Positions 1-9,465 of a DNA stretch of 64,000 bases are shown piece after piece. The position numbers were made by a program, and so were the translations under genes. This DNA is from Syntrophales bacterium (lineage in GTDB: Bacteria > Desulfobacterota > Syntrophia > Syntrophales > UBA2210): positions 1,600,001 to 1,664,000 of the forward strand of contig CAXXNF010000002.1 of assembly GCA_963666365.2 (NCBI GenBank). The letters run 5' to 3'. The notes under the pieces were generated by a model. It had not been told where the DNA came from and made no database searches. It saw only the letters and a list, made by a program, of their open reading frames with translations. Each line of letters opens with the position of its first letter. Position 1 is the stretch's first letter.

Positions 1-505
1 GGAAACGATTCAAACTGTCGATCCGCCTTTTTCGAATGAGATTGTCCTGCACAAGATACATTATTGACGAGCAGCAGGCCAACGCAAAAAAAGCGCCGCC
101 CACAAGTGAACACACCACATGGATCGTCACCCATGACGCCTTGAGCGTATCGTGTATATGCACGGCGCCGATGACCCCCGCCGATGAGGCAATAGAAAGC
201 AGAAGCGCCAGCGGCGCCACAAAGGCCCCCAGTACCCGCGTCCTGGTCCTGGCCTGAAAGGCAAGATAGACCCCCGAAACGGCCCATGCAATAAATGACA
301 GGGCCTCAAAGGAATTGACCACGGGACTGTATCCGCTGTGCACCCATCGAATAATTATATAGGCAGTATGAAAACCGAAGGCGCCCGCAAGCACCCAGGT
401 GGCAGCCCTGGCGACGCCCACACGACGTACCACCAGCGAAGCGATGTAGGCAACCGTGCTGATCAGGTATACGACAAGGGCGCACTTAAAAATAATAATA
501 TCCAT
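1..505 (-). CDS. Cytochrome c biogenesis CcsA/HemX-family membrane protein (3' end outside window)
   Basis: Not in the ORF track because it runs off the edge. Manual translation from ATG 505: MDIIIFKCALVVYLIST...RWVHSGYSPVVNSFEALSFIAW...SWVTIHVVCSLVGG...MYLVQDNLIRKRR; hydrophobic with CcsA-like motifs; follows the siroheme synthase gene. Confidence 0.85.
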   Translation of the reverse strand, partial: MDIIIFKCALVVYLISTVAYIASLVVRRVGVARAATWVLAGAFGFHTAYIIIRWVHSGYSPVVNSFEALSFIAWAVSGVYLAFQARTRTRVLGAFVAPLALLLSIASSAGVIGAVHIHDTLKASWVTIHVVCSLVGGAFFALACCSSIMYLVQDNLIRKRRIDSLNRF

Positions 506-530
506 TGTACCTTTTGACTCTTAACCCTGT

Positions 531-1196
531 TTATAATAAGTTTTTTCGAATTTCAGTGAGATCTACTTCTTCTCCTGCACACTCGAAAATTACTTTTTCC
601 ACGCCCTGCCAGTCTTTCCTTATGATGAGATCGAGAATTTCCGAATCCAGAAGCGCTTCAAAGAACCCGCGGTTTTTCTCCGAAGGCATCCCGCGTGAGA
701 GAATTCGACATCTCAATTCTCCCATTATATCAAGAAGGATGGCGTATTCATTCCCGTAGCGCTCTTCTATCTCCTCTCGTATTCTGCGGGCAAGGGCGGG
801 GCTCTTACCGCCCGTTGAAACGGCAACGGCAAGATTCCCCCGTTGAAAAAGGGAAGGAACAATGCAGTTGCAAAGGGGGGGGTTATCGACAATATTAACC
901 AAAAGCCCCCTGGCGTGGCCGTCCTTGTATATCCGCTCATTGATCTCCACCCGGTCGGTCGCGCCGATCACGAGAACGGCGCCTTCGACATAGTCGCATC
1001 GATACTCATCGTTCACATGTTCTATTTCGACACGCTCCCTCATTCGGGCAAGCGCCGGCGTCAAAAACCGCGCTACCACTCTCACGCGGGCGCCGCATTC
1101 CACAAGCCTCTCCACCTTCCGCTGTGCTACCTCGCCGCCGCCTACAACCACGCAGAGCCGATTTTCAAGATTGAGATAGAGAGGATAATAGGCCAT
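531..1196 (-). CDS. Precorrin-2 dehydrogenase / sirohydrochlorin ferrochelatase (SirC/Met8p/CysG N-terminal type)
   Basis: YYPLYLNL, VVGGGEVAQRK Rossmann motif, NIVDNPPLCN, AVSTGGKSPALARRIR; alternative GTG start at 1208. Confidence 0.92.
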   Translation of the reverse strand: MAYYPLYLNLENRLCVVVGGGEVAQRKVERLVECGARVRVVARFLTPALARMRERVEIEHVNDEYRCDYVEGAVLVIGATDRVEINERIYKDGHARGLLVNIVDNPPLCNCIVPSLFQRGNLAVAVSTGGKSPALARRIREEIEERYGNEYAILLDIMGELRCRILSRGMPSEKNRGFFEALLDSEILDLIIRKDWQGVEKVIFECAGEEVDLTEIRKNLL

Positions 1197-1343
1197 TGTT
1201 TCACTCACAAAAAGGGGTCAATGAAAAAAGTTTAGTTATCACGAAGATTAGCAAAATTCAAGTGACTTGAATTCTCTCGGAAAAGAAGCTATATAGTACA
1301 AGCACTACGCTATTACGGGGGTTTCGTGAAGGAGGGACACCAT

Positions 1344-2276
1344 ATGCCCACGGCAAAAGAATCGTGGATCGAAATTGTTCTTGAAGCGCCATCCGAAATG
1401 AGCGATGCCATTTCGAATTTCCTTGAGGAATTGGGCACACAGGGCGTCTTTCAGGAAGAGGGGGGAGAAGATTCCTTTGAGAACCTTCAGGCATCGCGGG
1501 AATACGAAAAAATCAAGGCCTACCTGGCCGATGATACAAAAGTAGAGGGGAAGCTCGATGCCCTTCAGGGCTATATCCGAAGCCTTTCGGAACTCTTCCC
1601 GGGCGCGAAAAGGCCCACCTTCACTACCTCGACCATTGTCGATCCAGACTGGGCGGAACGGTGGAAAAAATATTTTAAGCCGCTCCGGATCAGCAAGAAC
1701 ATCGTCGTAAAACCGACATGGGAGCGTTATAGCCCGGAAGGTGGCGACATCATTGTCGATATCGATCCGGGAATGGCCTTTGGGACGGGACAGCACGCCT
1801 CTACGAGGCTCTGCATAAATGCAATAGAAGATATTATTCTGAAAGACAAGCCGCATCACGGCTGGAACGTGCTTGATGTGGGCACCGGCACGGGCATTCT
1901 GGCCATTTGCTGCATCAAGCTGGGAGCGGAGCATGTCACCGCCATTGATGTGGATCCTCAGGCGGTTGATATTGCAGGTAAAAATGTGATTATTAACGGG
2001 GTTGCCGATAAAATCGACATCATGAACCGAGAGGCTACCATGGTACGTGGCGCCTTTAACCTCATTGTGGCCAATCTGACGGCGCCGACCCTCATCAATC
2101 TCCAGGAACAATTGTCTTCGATGATCGAGCCGGGGGGATATCTGGTGGCATCGGGAATCACCGACATGTATATCAACCAGATAGAAAAAGTATTCAAAGC
2201 CGACGATATCGCCGTCTACGAGAGACTCGCCGAAAAGGAGTGGGTCTGCTTCGTATTCAAAAAGAAGGACGCTTGA
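1344..2276 (+). CDS. prmA: Ribosomal protein L11 methyltransferase
   Basis: DWAERWKKYF, IDPGMAFGTGQHASTRLC, VLDVGTGTGILAI, LIVANL; AAGGAGG RBS before ATG 1344. Confidence 0.95.
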   Translation: MPTAKESWIEIVLEAPSEMSDAISNFLEELGTQGVFQEEGGEDSFENLQASREYEKIKAYLADDTKVEGKLDALQGYIRSLSELFPGAKRPTFTTSTIVDPDWAERWKKYFKPLRISKNIVVKPTWERYSPEGGDIIVDIDPGMAFGTGQHASTRLCINAIEDIILKDKPHHGWNVLDVGTGTGILAICCIKLGAEHVTAIDVDPQAVDIAGKNVIINGVADKIDIMNREATMVRGAFNLIVANLTAPTLINLQEQLSSMIEPGGYLVASGITDMYINQIEKVFKADDIAVYERLAEKEWVCFVFKKKDA

Positions 2277-2277
2277 G

Positions 2278-3048
2278 GTGACGGTTCCAAGAATTTACAG
2301 CCCCGGTCGGAAAGATATCGAAGGCACTATCGAACTGGGAGCAGAAGATCTCCACTACATAAAACATGTACTCAGGCTCAAACCGCATGACCCGATTGTC
2401 GTCTTTGACGGCGGAGGGTCTGAATACGACACGGTCATCGATCGGTTTACCCCTGCCGGCGTGCTCCTCAACATCCTGTCGTCAACGCGCGTTGATACGT
2501 TCCCCGTCAGAATCACCCTTGCACAATCCCTTCCTAAGGAAAGTAAGATGGACCTCATTGTGCAAAAGGCCACCGAACTGGGCGTATGGCGTATTGTACC
2601 ATTCATATCATCGAGAACCGTCCCTCGCCTCACCGAAGAAAAGAAGGCGGCGCGGGTGAAGAGATGGCGAAAAATTGCGGCCGAAGCGTCAAAACAGTGC
2701 CTGAGGGCGCACATACCGAACGTCGGTGACATTGTTTCCTACCGGGACATGCTGGCAGAGGCCGATCCGGAAGCCCTTAACATCATTTTCTGGGAAGAGG
2801 AAACACAACGGGGCATCAAAGAAATTCTTACCGACTCCTCTTATATGAAAATGGAAGACCTTCTCGTCGTGATCGGACCTGAGGGCGGCTTTTCCAGGGA
2901 TGAAGCGGCCATGGCTCAGGAGCATGCGCTCGTGACCGCCCATCTGGGAAGGCAGATTCTCAGGGTGGAAACGGCGTCGCTTGCAGTGCTCGCCATCATT
3001 CAATACGAAATGGGTCTCATCGGTTCGACGGTCAGCAGGGAGAAATAA
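2278..3048 (+). CDS. rsmE: 16S rRNA m3U1498 methyltransferase
   Basis: HYIKHVLRL, QKATELGV, IGPEGGFS, LGRQILRVETA; typical prmA-rsmE linkage. Confidence 0.95.
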   Translation: MTVPRIYSPGRKDIEGTIELGAEDLHYIKHVLRLKPHDPIVVFDGGGSEYDTVIDRFTPAGVLLNILSSTRVDTFPVRITLAQSLPKESKMDLIVQKATELGVWRIVPFISSRTVPRLTEEKKAARVKRWRKIAAEASKQCLRAHIPNVGDIVSYRDMLAEADPEALNIIFWEEETQRGIKEILTDSSYMKMEDLLVVIGPEGGFSRDEAAMAQEHALVTAHLGRQILRVETASLAVLAIIQYEMGLIGSTVSREK

Positions 3049-3051
3049 GGC

Positions 3052-3636
3052 ATGAAAGAACATATCTACGGGGGGTTCTGGCGACGGGCTGTGGCCTTCA
3101 GTCTTGACGGCGTCATCATCTTTGCATTCCTGTCGTTGCTTCTGTTCCTTATGGAAAGGGCACTTCCTTCGGCAGCCTACTCCGCTGCCGCCTCAAAATG
3201 GAGCTTGATTGCAGTGCTGCCTTACTACGGGACGGCCCTTATCCTGAACATGTGTTATTTTACTTTTTTTCACGGTTTCGGGGGCCGTACGCCGGGCAAG
3301 ATGCTGCTCGGACTTATGGTCATTCAATCCTCAGGGGACCCGATGACGCCGGGGCTGGCCTTTCTCAGGTGGGTAGGGTCCATAATCTCCCGCATCGTCT
3401 TTATGCTCGGCTTCATCTGGGTCGCCTTTGACGGCAGGAAACAGGGCTGGCATGATAAAATTGCCGGTACCTACGTCATCAAAACCCGCGGTCAGTCCCA
3501 TGGACCGATGGAATCGGCAGCAGCTTCACACAGCGGCTATCCCTTATCACCCCGACACGACTATGATGAAAGATCTGCGGTCCACTGGGAAGACAGTCAT
3601 TATGAAGAAATCGAAAGACATTGGGGACCCTACTAA
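3052..3636 (+). CDS. RDD family membrane protein
   Basis: YGGFWRRAVAFSLD, GRTPGKMLLGL, KQGWHDKIAGTYV. Confidence 0.9.
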   Translation: MKEHIYGGFWRRAVAFSLDGVIIFAFLSLLLFLMERALPSAAYSAAASKWSLIAVLPYYGTALILNMCYFTFFHGFGGRTPGKMLLGLMVIQSSGDPMTPGLAFLRWVGSIISRIVFMLGFIWVAFDGRKQGWHDKIAGTYVIKTRGQSHGPMESAAASHSGYPLSPRHDYDERSAVHWEDSHYEEIERHWGPY

Positions 3637-3656
3637 AAAAGACCTTTCAAAAAAGC

Positions 3657-3685
3657 TTGACAAAAAAAAGGAGATCGGCTATTCA
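3657..3685 (+). promoter_or_regulatory. sigma70-type promoter of tRNA-Phe
   Basis: TTGACA (3657-3662), 17 nt spacer, TATTCA (3680-3685), about 20 nt before the tRNA. Confidence 0.65.
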
Positions 3686-3706
3686 ACATTGCCTCAACGG
3701 AACCGT

Positions 3707-3782
3707 GGGTCGGTAGCTCAGTCGGTAGAGCACGGGACTGAAAATCCCGGTGTCGGCAGTTCGATTCTGCCCTGACCCACCA
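3707..3782 (+). tRNA. tRNA-Phe (GAA)
   Basis: 76 nt; acceptor stem GGGTCGG/CTGACCC, D-arm GCTCAGTCGGTAGAGC, anticodon loop CTGAAAA, TTCGATT T-loop, encoded CCA. Confidence 0.97.
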
Positions 3783-3790
3783 TGAAATTC

Positions 3791-3824
3791 AAGAGGTCGG
3801 CCACTGCGGTTGACCTCTTTTTTT
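3791..3824 (+). terminator. Intrinsic terminator after tRNA-Phe
   Basis: AAGAGGTCGGCC-ACTGC-GGTTGACCTCTT hairpin followed by a T-run. Confidence 0.85.
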
Positions 3825-3877
3825 GTATCTATTGCATGGACTGCGCCTGCACAGGTTCATGCCTGTGTATCTGTTAT

Positions 3878-4288
3878 TTATTGCTTGCAGAAACCATAAT
3901 CCCGCGTTTCTGTCACGTGACCGCTCCCTCGTTTCCTGCATACTTTCCAGGCGCTGTTCCAGCAACCGGCCGAGAAACCAGAAATCCCTACCTCATGTCC
4001 CAAAATGCTCGTTTCTGCCAAACTCGAAGCATATCTGTGGTATATAGTCCCGGTAAAACCCGAAGGGCACAAACCTCCCGTATCAAATGTATGGGATCCC
4101 CCTGCGCAGATTGTTACCTCCTCATGTAATCCATTTACAATAAAATTCACGTACAGCCTCACACTGACAAGATATTCCGTATCATTTTTCACCGTAACCA
4201 GCCACGCCTCGGACGATGTAACAGAGCAGAAAACCACAAAAAATACAATACAGATGACAAAGAAGATCTTTTTTGCAGGAAACATCAT
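3878..4288 (-). CDS. Hypothetical secreted Cys-containing protein
   Basis: GGGAGGA RBS before ATG 4288; signal-peptide-like N-terminus ending SEA-W; five Cys in the predicted mature part. Confidence 0.65.
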   Translation of the reverse strand: MMFPAKKIFFVICIVFFVVFCSVTSSEAWLVTVKNDTEYLVSVRLYVNFIVNGLHEEVTICAGGSHTFDTGGLCPSGFTGTIYHRYASSLAETSILGHEVGISGFSAGCWNSAWKVCRKRGSGHVTETRDYGFCKQ

Positions 4289-4402
4289 GGTCCTCCCTGT
4301 AACGGTAATATTGAAATGCTGCATTTCAAGTGATACGTATTTGTGCTGTGTAGATTATTCCAAGTTATTTTCCTGAAGTACCCTCCATTGTCAAGAAGAA
4401 TT

Positions 4403-4434
4403 AATATGGGGACACCATACCTATTTCTTGACTT
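4403..4434 (+). repeat. REP-like repeat A (left of RAYT)
   Basis: AATATGGGGACACCATACCTATTT has a perfect 24-bp inverted copy at 5130-5153; 4408-4434 has an exact 27-bp direct copy at 7308-7334. Confidence 0.9.
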
Positions 4435-4463
4435 GCTGCCCCTGCAGGTGTAGGTGATTGTCT

Positions 4464-5135
4464 ATGGCAAGGATAGCGAGAGTCGTGGCTCCAGGGTTTC
4501 CACACCATATAACCCAGCGTGGAAATCGTCGGCAGCAAACTTTTTTTTATGATGACGATTACCAGGCATACTTGGACCTGATGTCTGAGTGGTGTTCCCG
4601 TTGTGGCGTTGAGGTCTGGGCGTATTGCCTCATGCCGAACCATGTCCATTTGATTGCCGTTCCAGAATCTGAGGATGGTCTGCGGCTGGCGATAGGTGAA
4701 GCGCACCGCCGCTATACACGGCTCATAAACTTCCGAGAAGGCTGGAGAGGACATCTCTGGCAGGGAAGATTTGCTTCCTATGTCATGGATGAGCAATATC
4801 TGCTCGCCTGTGCCCGCTACGTCGAGATGAATCCTGTCAGGGCAGGGCTTGTGACAAAACCGGAAAAATGGCTGTGGAGCAGCGCATCGCCACATATGTC
4901 AGGTCATGATGATACACTTGTGAAGGTTGCCCCGCTGCTGCAGATAGCCGGAGGCATGTGGGAGGATTTTTTGCATATCACGGCCGGGGAAGAAGAGATC
5001 ACAGAGCTGCAGAGACATGAACAGACAGGTCGGCCGCTTGGCAGCATACGTTTTATCGAAGGTCTGGAGAACTTCCTGGATCGTCTCTTGCAGCCGAAGA
5101 AGGCGGGAAGAAAACCGAAAGATACAGATAAATAG
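4464..5135 (+). mobile_element. REP-associated tyrosine transposase (RAYT, HUH/Y1, IS200/IS605 superfamily)
   Basis: HHITQRGNRRQQTF, AYCLMPNHVHL (HUH), LWQGRF, YVEMNPVRAGLV, WLWSSA; flanked by inverted repeats; no tnpB. Confidence 0.9.
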
Positions 5136-5153
5136 GTATGGTGTCCCCATATT
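5130..5153 (-). repeat. REP-like repeat B (inverted; contains the RAYT stop codon)
   Basis: Exact reverse complement of 4403-4426. Confidence 0.9.
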
Positions 5154-5168
5154 TTAGGAGTTGTACGC

Positions 5169-7331
5169 ATGTTGGGTGAAAATGTATTCATTGAAATAGC
5201 AGCTATACTTGGCATTGCTACGGTGACAGGGATCATAGGGCAGAAATTACGGCAGCCCTTGATCATCATGTTTCTGGTAACGGGCATTCTGGCCGGTCCG
5301 TCGCTATTTGGCATCATACACAGTTATGAGCAGATTGAACTCCTGGCCCATATCGGCATAGCCCTTCTGCTGTTTATTGTTGGGCTCAAACTCGATCTTA
5401 ATCTGATTCGGACAACCGGGCCCGTCGCTCTGGCGACCGGCCTCGGGCAGATCGTGTTTACATCGATTATCGGGTTTGTCATTGCCCTTGCCATGGACAT
5501 GTCATATCTCAGTGCGGCTTACGTTTCGGTTGCGCTTACTTTTTCAAGTACAATCATCATCGTAAAGCTCCTGTCCGACAAAAAAGAAATCGACTCTCTT
5601 CATGGTCAGATCGCTCTTGGCTTTCTGATAGTTCAGGATATCGCCGCCATCCTGGCGCTGGTCGGGCTGACGACACTGGGGTCATCTATCAGCGGCGAGG
5701 GGTCGGGATATCTCTCGTTCCTGATGATCGGCGCAAAAGGCGTGGGACTGTTGGGTGTGGTCGCTCTGCTGATGAGATATGTCATTCCTTACCTGACCCA
5801 GCGTCTCTCTCATTCGCTGGAACTGTTGACGCTATTCGCCATCACATGGGCTGTCATTCTCGGAGCGGGAAGCGAGCTCTTGGGCTTCAGCAAGGAGGTC
5901 GGTGCATTCCTGGCTGGAGTTTCACTGGCATCCACACCATACCGGGATGCTATCGGTGCACGGCTGACAAGCCTCCGGGATTTTCTCCTTTTGTTTTTCT
6001 TCATCGATCTTGGCGCACGTTTGGATTGGTCCATGGTGGGCTCGCAAATAGGCGCATCGCTTGTTTTTTCCCTCTTTGTGCTCGTCGGCAACCCGCTCAT
6101 TGTTCTGATCATCATGGGAGCCATGGGATATCGCCGTCGCACCGGTTTTCTCGCCGGTCTCACGGTAGCCCAGATCAGCGAGTTTTCGCTTATTTTGGCG
6201 GCCCTGGGGCTGAGTATCGGCCACATTACCGAAGCAACAATGGGGCTGATCACCCTCGTGGGGGTGGTGACCATATTCCTGTCCACCTACATAATAATCT
6301 ATTCCTACCCGCTTTATCGTGTTCTCTCCTCCCCCTTGAAAATTTTCGAAAGGCGCAATCCTTACCGGGAGGCGGACATAGATACCTTCGTGGAAATCGG
6401 AGCAGTCGACGTCATTTTAGTGGGATTGGGTAATTATGGCAGCGGGCTGATGGAACACCTTCTCCGGCGAAAAAATGCCATAGTGGGGATCGACTTCGAT
6501 CCCGTCACTTTAGATAGGTGGCGCAAGAAAGGGGTGCCTGTTCTTTACGGGGACATCGCGGACCCGGAAATGCATGAGCAATTGCCGTTGAAAAAGGCGC
6601 GATGGGTTATCAGCACCGTTCGCTCCAAAGAGATGAATTTGGCACTAATCCATAATCTTAAGAAGGACGGCTATGCTGGAAAAGTGGTCTTGACTGCGAC
6701 GAGCAGTCAGGAAGCCGCTGAGTTCGAAAAAGCTGGCGCCAATCTGGTATTTCGGCCTTTTAAGGATGCAACGGAACAAGCGGCCGATTCGTTGACCTAT
6801 GCGATGGATTTCCTTCCGGAAAGCATTGATTGGCCTGTCTCGTTTCTCGAGGTGCGTATTCGTTCGGATGCTTCGGCCGCCGGGCAGACCATAAGAGAAC
6901 TCCCTCTGTCGACTTTGGGAATATCTATTCTGGCGGTCAGTCGAGGAGGATACACCTTCCATGAGCCGAATCCGGATTTCAGGATTTTCCCGGCCGACCG
7001 GCTACTCCTTATGGGACATCCGGCTGGCTTGAAGGAGTCTGAAACCATACTTAATCAATTTGAAGCGCAGAGAAACGCAGAAGACACGGACCGCTTTGAA
7101 ATTGCTGAGATCAAGGTGTCGGAAAATTCGGACCTTTCAGGCAAGTCTTTGGCGGAGCTTCACTTTCGGCAAAAGTTCGGCGCGACTTTGGTCGGCATAC
7201 GCAGAGGCCAGGATCAGATTACGACAATAAACCCTGCGGAGCGCTTTCAGAAGGGCGATTGTCTGATTGTTATCGGCAAGTCGAGTGCCATCAAAGAACT
7301 AAAATCCGGGGACACCATACCTATTTCTTGA
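5169..7331 (+). CDS. Kef-type cation:proton antiporter (CPA2) with TrkA_N and two TrkA_C (RCK) domains
   Basis: Multi-TM N-terminus with FSSTIIIVK and LIVQD, AQISEFS; GLGNYG RCK motif; two C-terminal TrkA_C repeats. Confidence 0.92.
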   Translation: MLGENVFIEIAAILGIATVTGIIGQKLRQPLIIMFLVTGILAGPSLFGIIHSYEQIELLAHIGIALLLFIVGLKLDLNLIRTTGPVALATGLGQIVFTSIIGFVIALAMDMSYLSAAYVSVALTFSSTIIIVKLLSDKKEIDSLHGQIALGFLIVQDIAAILALVGLTTLGSSISGEGSGYLSFLMIGAKGVGLLGVVALLMRYVIPYLTQRLSHSLELLTLFAITWAVILGAGSELLGFSKEVGAFLAGVSLASTPYRDAIGARLTSLRDFLLLFFFIDLGARLDWSMVGSQIGASLVFSLFVLVGNPLIVLIIMGAMGYRRRTGFLAGLTVAQISEFSLILAALGLSIGHITEATMGLITLVGVVTIFLSTYIIIYSYPLYRVLSSPLKIFERRNPYREADIDTFVEIGAVDVILVGLGNYGSGLMEHLLRRKNAIVGIDFDPVTLDRWRKKGVPVLYGDIADPEMHEQLPLKKARWVISTVRSKEMNLALIHNLKKDGYAGKVVLTATSSQEAAEFEKAGANLVFRPFKDATEQAADSLTYAMDFLPESIDWPVSFLEVRIRSDASAAGQTIRELPLSTLGISILAVSRGGYTFHEPNPDFRIFPADRLLLMGHPAGLKESETILNQFEAQRNAEDTDRFEIAEIKVSENSDLSGKSLAELHFRQKFGATLVGIRRGQDQITTINPAERFQKGDCLIVIGKSSAIKELKSGDTIPIS

Positions 7332-7334
7332 CTT
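7308..7334 (+). repeat. REP-like repeat C (direct copy of A; encodes the antiporter C-terminus GDTIPIS-stop)
   Basis: GGGGACACCATACCTATTTCTTGACTT identical to 4408-4434. Confidence 0.9.
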
Positions 7335-7343
7335 CTCCCTTGT

Positions 7344-8570
7344 CTATTGACCGGGAACAAATCGCGCCATTAATACTGACCGCAGCGCTTCTTCTGATGA
7401 AACCATCATCATATCTTCCCATGTCTTCTGAAAATCAACAAGTTGGTGAAAGGCGTCCTTTTCAGCAAGAGCGCTTTTCCTTACAATATCAATATTCTTG
7501 AGCGTTTCGGACATGTCATTCTCTTTGCCCTCGGCGCGGTAGTCTTCTGCCAGAACCATGCAGGCGTTTGTTATTTTCTCCTCAAGGTCGTCCTTTAAAA
7601 ATGCACCGGGGTAAGGAGACAGTTCTTCAGCCGACACATGGCACATACCCTTCATGGCGCCATCCTGACCGCGGAGCTTTGCCCTCTCAAAGAGAAATCT
7701 GTAAATATCCTCCCGAAGCTGTTTCCAGGTCGGATGAGACTTGGGAGGTGGCAGGTGTTTGATGGAAAGTGTGTTGTCAAGAAAGAACGTGTGTCCGAAC
7801 ATTCGCATGTTGATAAGAAAATCTATGTCTTCTCCCCGCGTCACGTTCGGGTCGAATGGAATGCGGGTAAAAATATCCCGGTGAATCACCATATTCCCGC
7901 CGAAGACAAAGGAGGTTTTTTTCAGCCTCGGCGCCCTGCCAATCGTCTGCTCAAAGGCCTCGTTCATTCTGTCTACCTTGTCCCAATGGTGCATCCATTC
8001 ACGTTTCATCCGTGTGACCCGCCACTCTCCATCGGGCTGAAGGTAGTAGCCGGCAACGGCGCCGATAAATTCACCATCCAGCGTTCTTCCGATATACTCA
8101 CGCGCCTTTCGCATAAAGGCGGGATCCTCGAAAACCTCGTCATCGTCTATGAGTACGGCAATGTCGGAACCCATCACGTGGGGCAGGAACAGGCACAGGT
8201 TGCGTATGTTTGAGTAGCCCTTGAGGCTGAGGAGTTCACAGAACCGCTCGCCACCAGCCTCTTTCAACAATTGATGCACGTGCCTTAGGTGTGAGTGGCT
8301 GAAGAGATAGGTGGGGACGTGGGAAGGAACGGATGCAATAATATGGGACACCTTATCTTCCACTCTTTCTGCAATGTCGTGATTGGCGGCAACGGCGATC
8401 ACGATCAGATTGAAATCCTTGTCTTCGAGAACACTGACGCTTTCGAGAGTCCTTTTGAGTGTTCCTTCCTCGTCAAGGGGAGTGGGATGATCGTACACCG
8501 CGTCGGTTTCTTTCGTCCCAAGCGCACGTTCCCGTGTCCAGTAGGAAGGGATGACCATTGTTGTTTTCAT
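7344..8570 (-). CDS. Putative GT-A fold glycosyltransferase (GT2-like)
   Basis: MVIPSYW, GYSNIRN, LIDDDE (DxD), FGGNM, RGEDID motifs; AGGAGG RBS before ATG 8570. Confidence 0.65.
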   Translation of the reverse strand: MKTTMVIPSYWTRERALGTKETDAVYDHPTPLDEEGTLKRTLESVSVLEDKDFNLIVIAVAANHDIAERVEDKVSHIIASVPSHVPTYLFSHSHLRHVHQLLKEAGGERFCELLSLKGYSNIRNLCLFLPHVMGSDIAVLIDDDEVFEDPAFMRKAREYIGRTLDGEFIGAVAGYYLQPDGEWRVTRMKREWMHHWDKVDRMNEAFEQTIGRAPRLKKTSFVFGGNMVIHRDIFTRIPFDPNVTRGEDIDFLINMRMFGHTFFLDNTLSIKHLPPPKSHPTWKQLREDIYRFLFERAKLRGQDGAMKGMCHVSAEELSPYPGAFLKDDLEEKITNACMVLAEDYRAEGKENDMSETLKNIDIVRKSALAEKDAFHQLVDFQKTWEDMMMVSSEEALRSVLMARFVPGQ

Positions 8571-8613
8571 AGGCTGCCTCCTGAAAGAGAGAGTATCAGG
8601 CAATGTCTTAATA

Positions 8614-9453
8614 TTATTCCTCCTGGTAGAATTCCGGATACAATTTTTTTGCACAGTCGGGACAGATGGAGTGGCTGAATTCCGCCTCCGAGTGGTCTCT
8701 GAGATACTCCTCTATCTGTTTCCAGTACCCTTTGTCGTCCCGTATTTTTTTGCATGAGGCGCAGATAGGGAGCATGCCGTGCAAAGTTTTTATTTTATCG
8801 ATTGCTTCCTTCAGTTCCCGGATAAGCTTTTCCCGCTCTTCCTCTGTCTTTTTGTGTTCTGTAATGTCGTGAATAATAGAATGAAGGATCGCTTTGCCTT
8901 CAGTGGCGGTGATGTTGTTGCTGTAGACCGCCACGTCGCGAACTTCACCGTTGGCCAGTCGGTGGCGGAACTCGAAATAGATGCGTTGACTCTTTCTGGC
9001 TTTTTCCATCTCGCGCTTCACGTCGTCAGGCGGGAGAGTATTGATATCCTGAATCTTCATCCGGCGCAATTGTTCTTTTGACCAGCCGTAATAGGTGACC
9101 GCCGCCTTGTTGGCATCGAGAATGTCCCCGGTATCGGGATCAATGAGCAGTTTGACGGCGGCATGGTTCTCAAAGACATTCCTGAAAAGTATCTCGCCGC
9201 TTTCACGCAACGCCTCTTCGACCCTATTGCGCTCGTGATCGCTTTGTCCCGGATCGATACTCACGCCCTCGTCACATTGCCCTTTTTTCGTATCGTCGTC
9301 TTTCATATTTTCTACATTCCCCACGATTTCCCATTCATTTCCTCTGGAACAATCTATCATATTGGAAAATTTCATGTTTGATGTGAATCCACGGCCCGTC
9401 ATTGGCGGAATCAGACCGAATTTGATCGCGCCTCCGATGCTGATGACGGCCAT
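8614..9453 (-). CDS. PAS-domain protein with C-terminal Cys/His motif (start uncertain; possibly 9306)
   Basis: PAS (ILDANKAAVTYYGWS...HDITEHK), coiled coil, then LPICASCKKIRDDKGYW...SHSICPDC. Confidence 0.8.
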   Translation of the reverse strand: MAVISIGGAIKFGLIPPMTGRGFTSNMKFSNMIDCSRGNEWEIVGNVENMKDDDTKKGQCDEGVSIDPGQSDHERNRVEEALRESGEILFRNVFENHAAVKLLIDPDTGDILDANKAAVTYYGWSKEQLRRMKIQDINTLPPDDVKREMEKARKSQRIYFEFRHRLANGEVRDVAVYSNNITATEGKAILHSIIHDITEHKKTEEEREKLIRELKEAIDKIKTLHGMLPICASCKKIRDDKGYWKQIEEYLRDHSEAEFSHSICPDCAKKLYPEFYQEE

Positions 9454-9465
9454 ACCCCCGATCTC

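Noticed and set aside
4464..5135. IS200/IS605 element with TnpB
   Set aside because: No tnpB/iscB gene follows; motifs and flanking inverted repeats fit RAYT
3707..7334. tRNA-Phe-anchored integrative genomic island
   Set aside because: No integrase and no duplicated tRNA 3' end found by eye in the window
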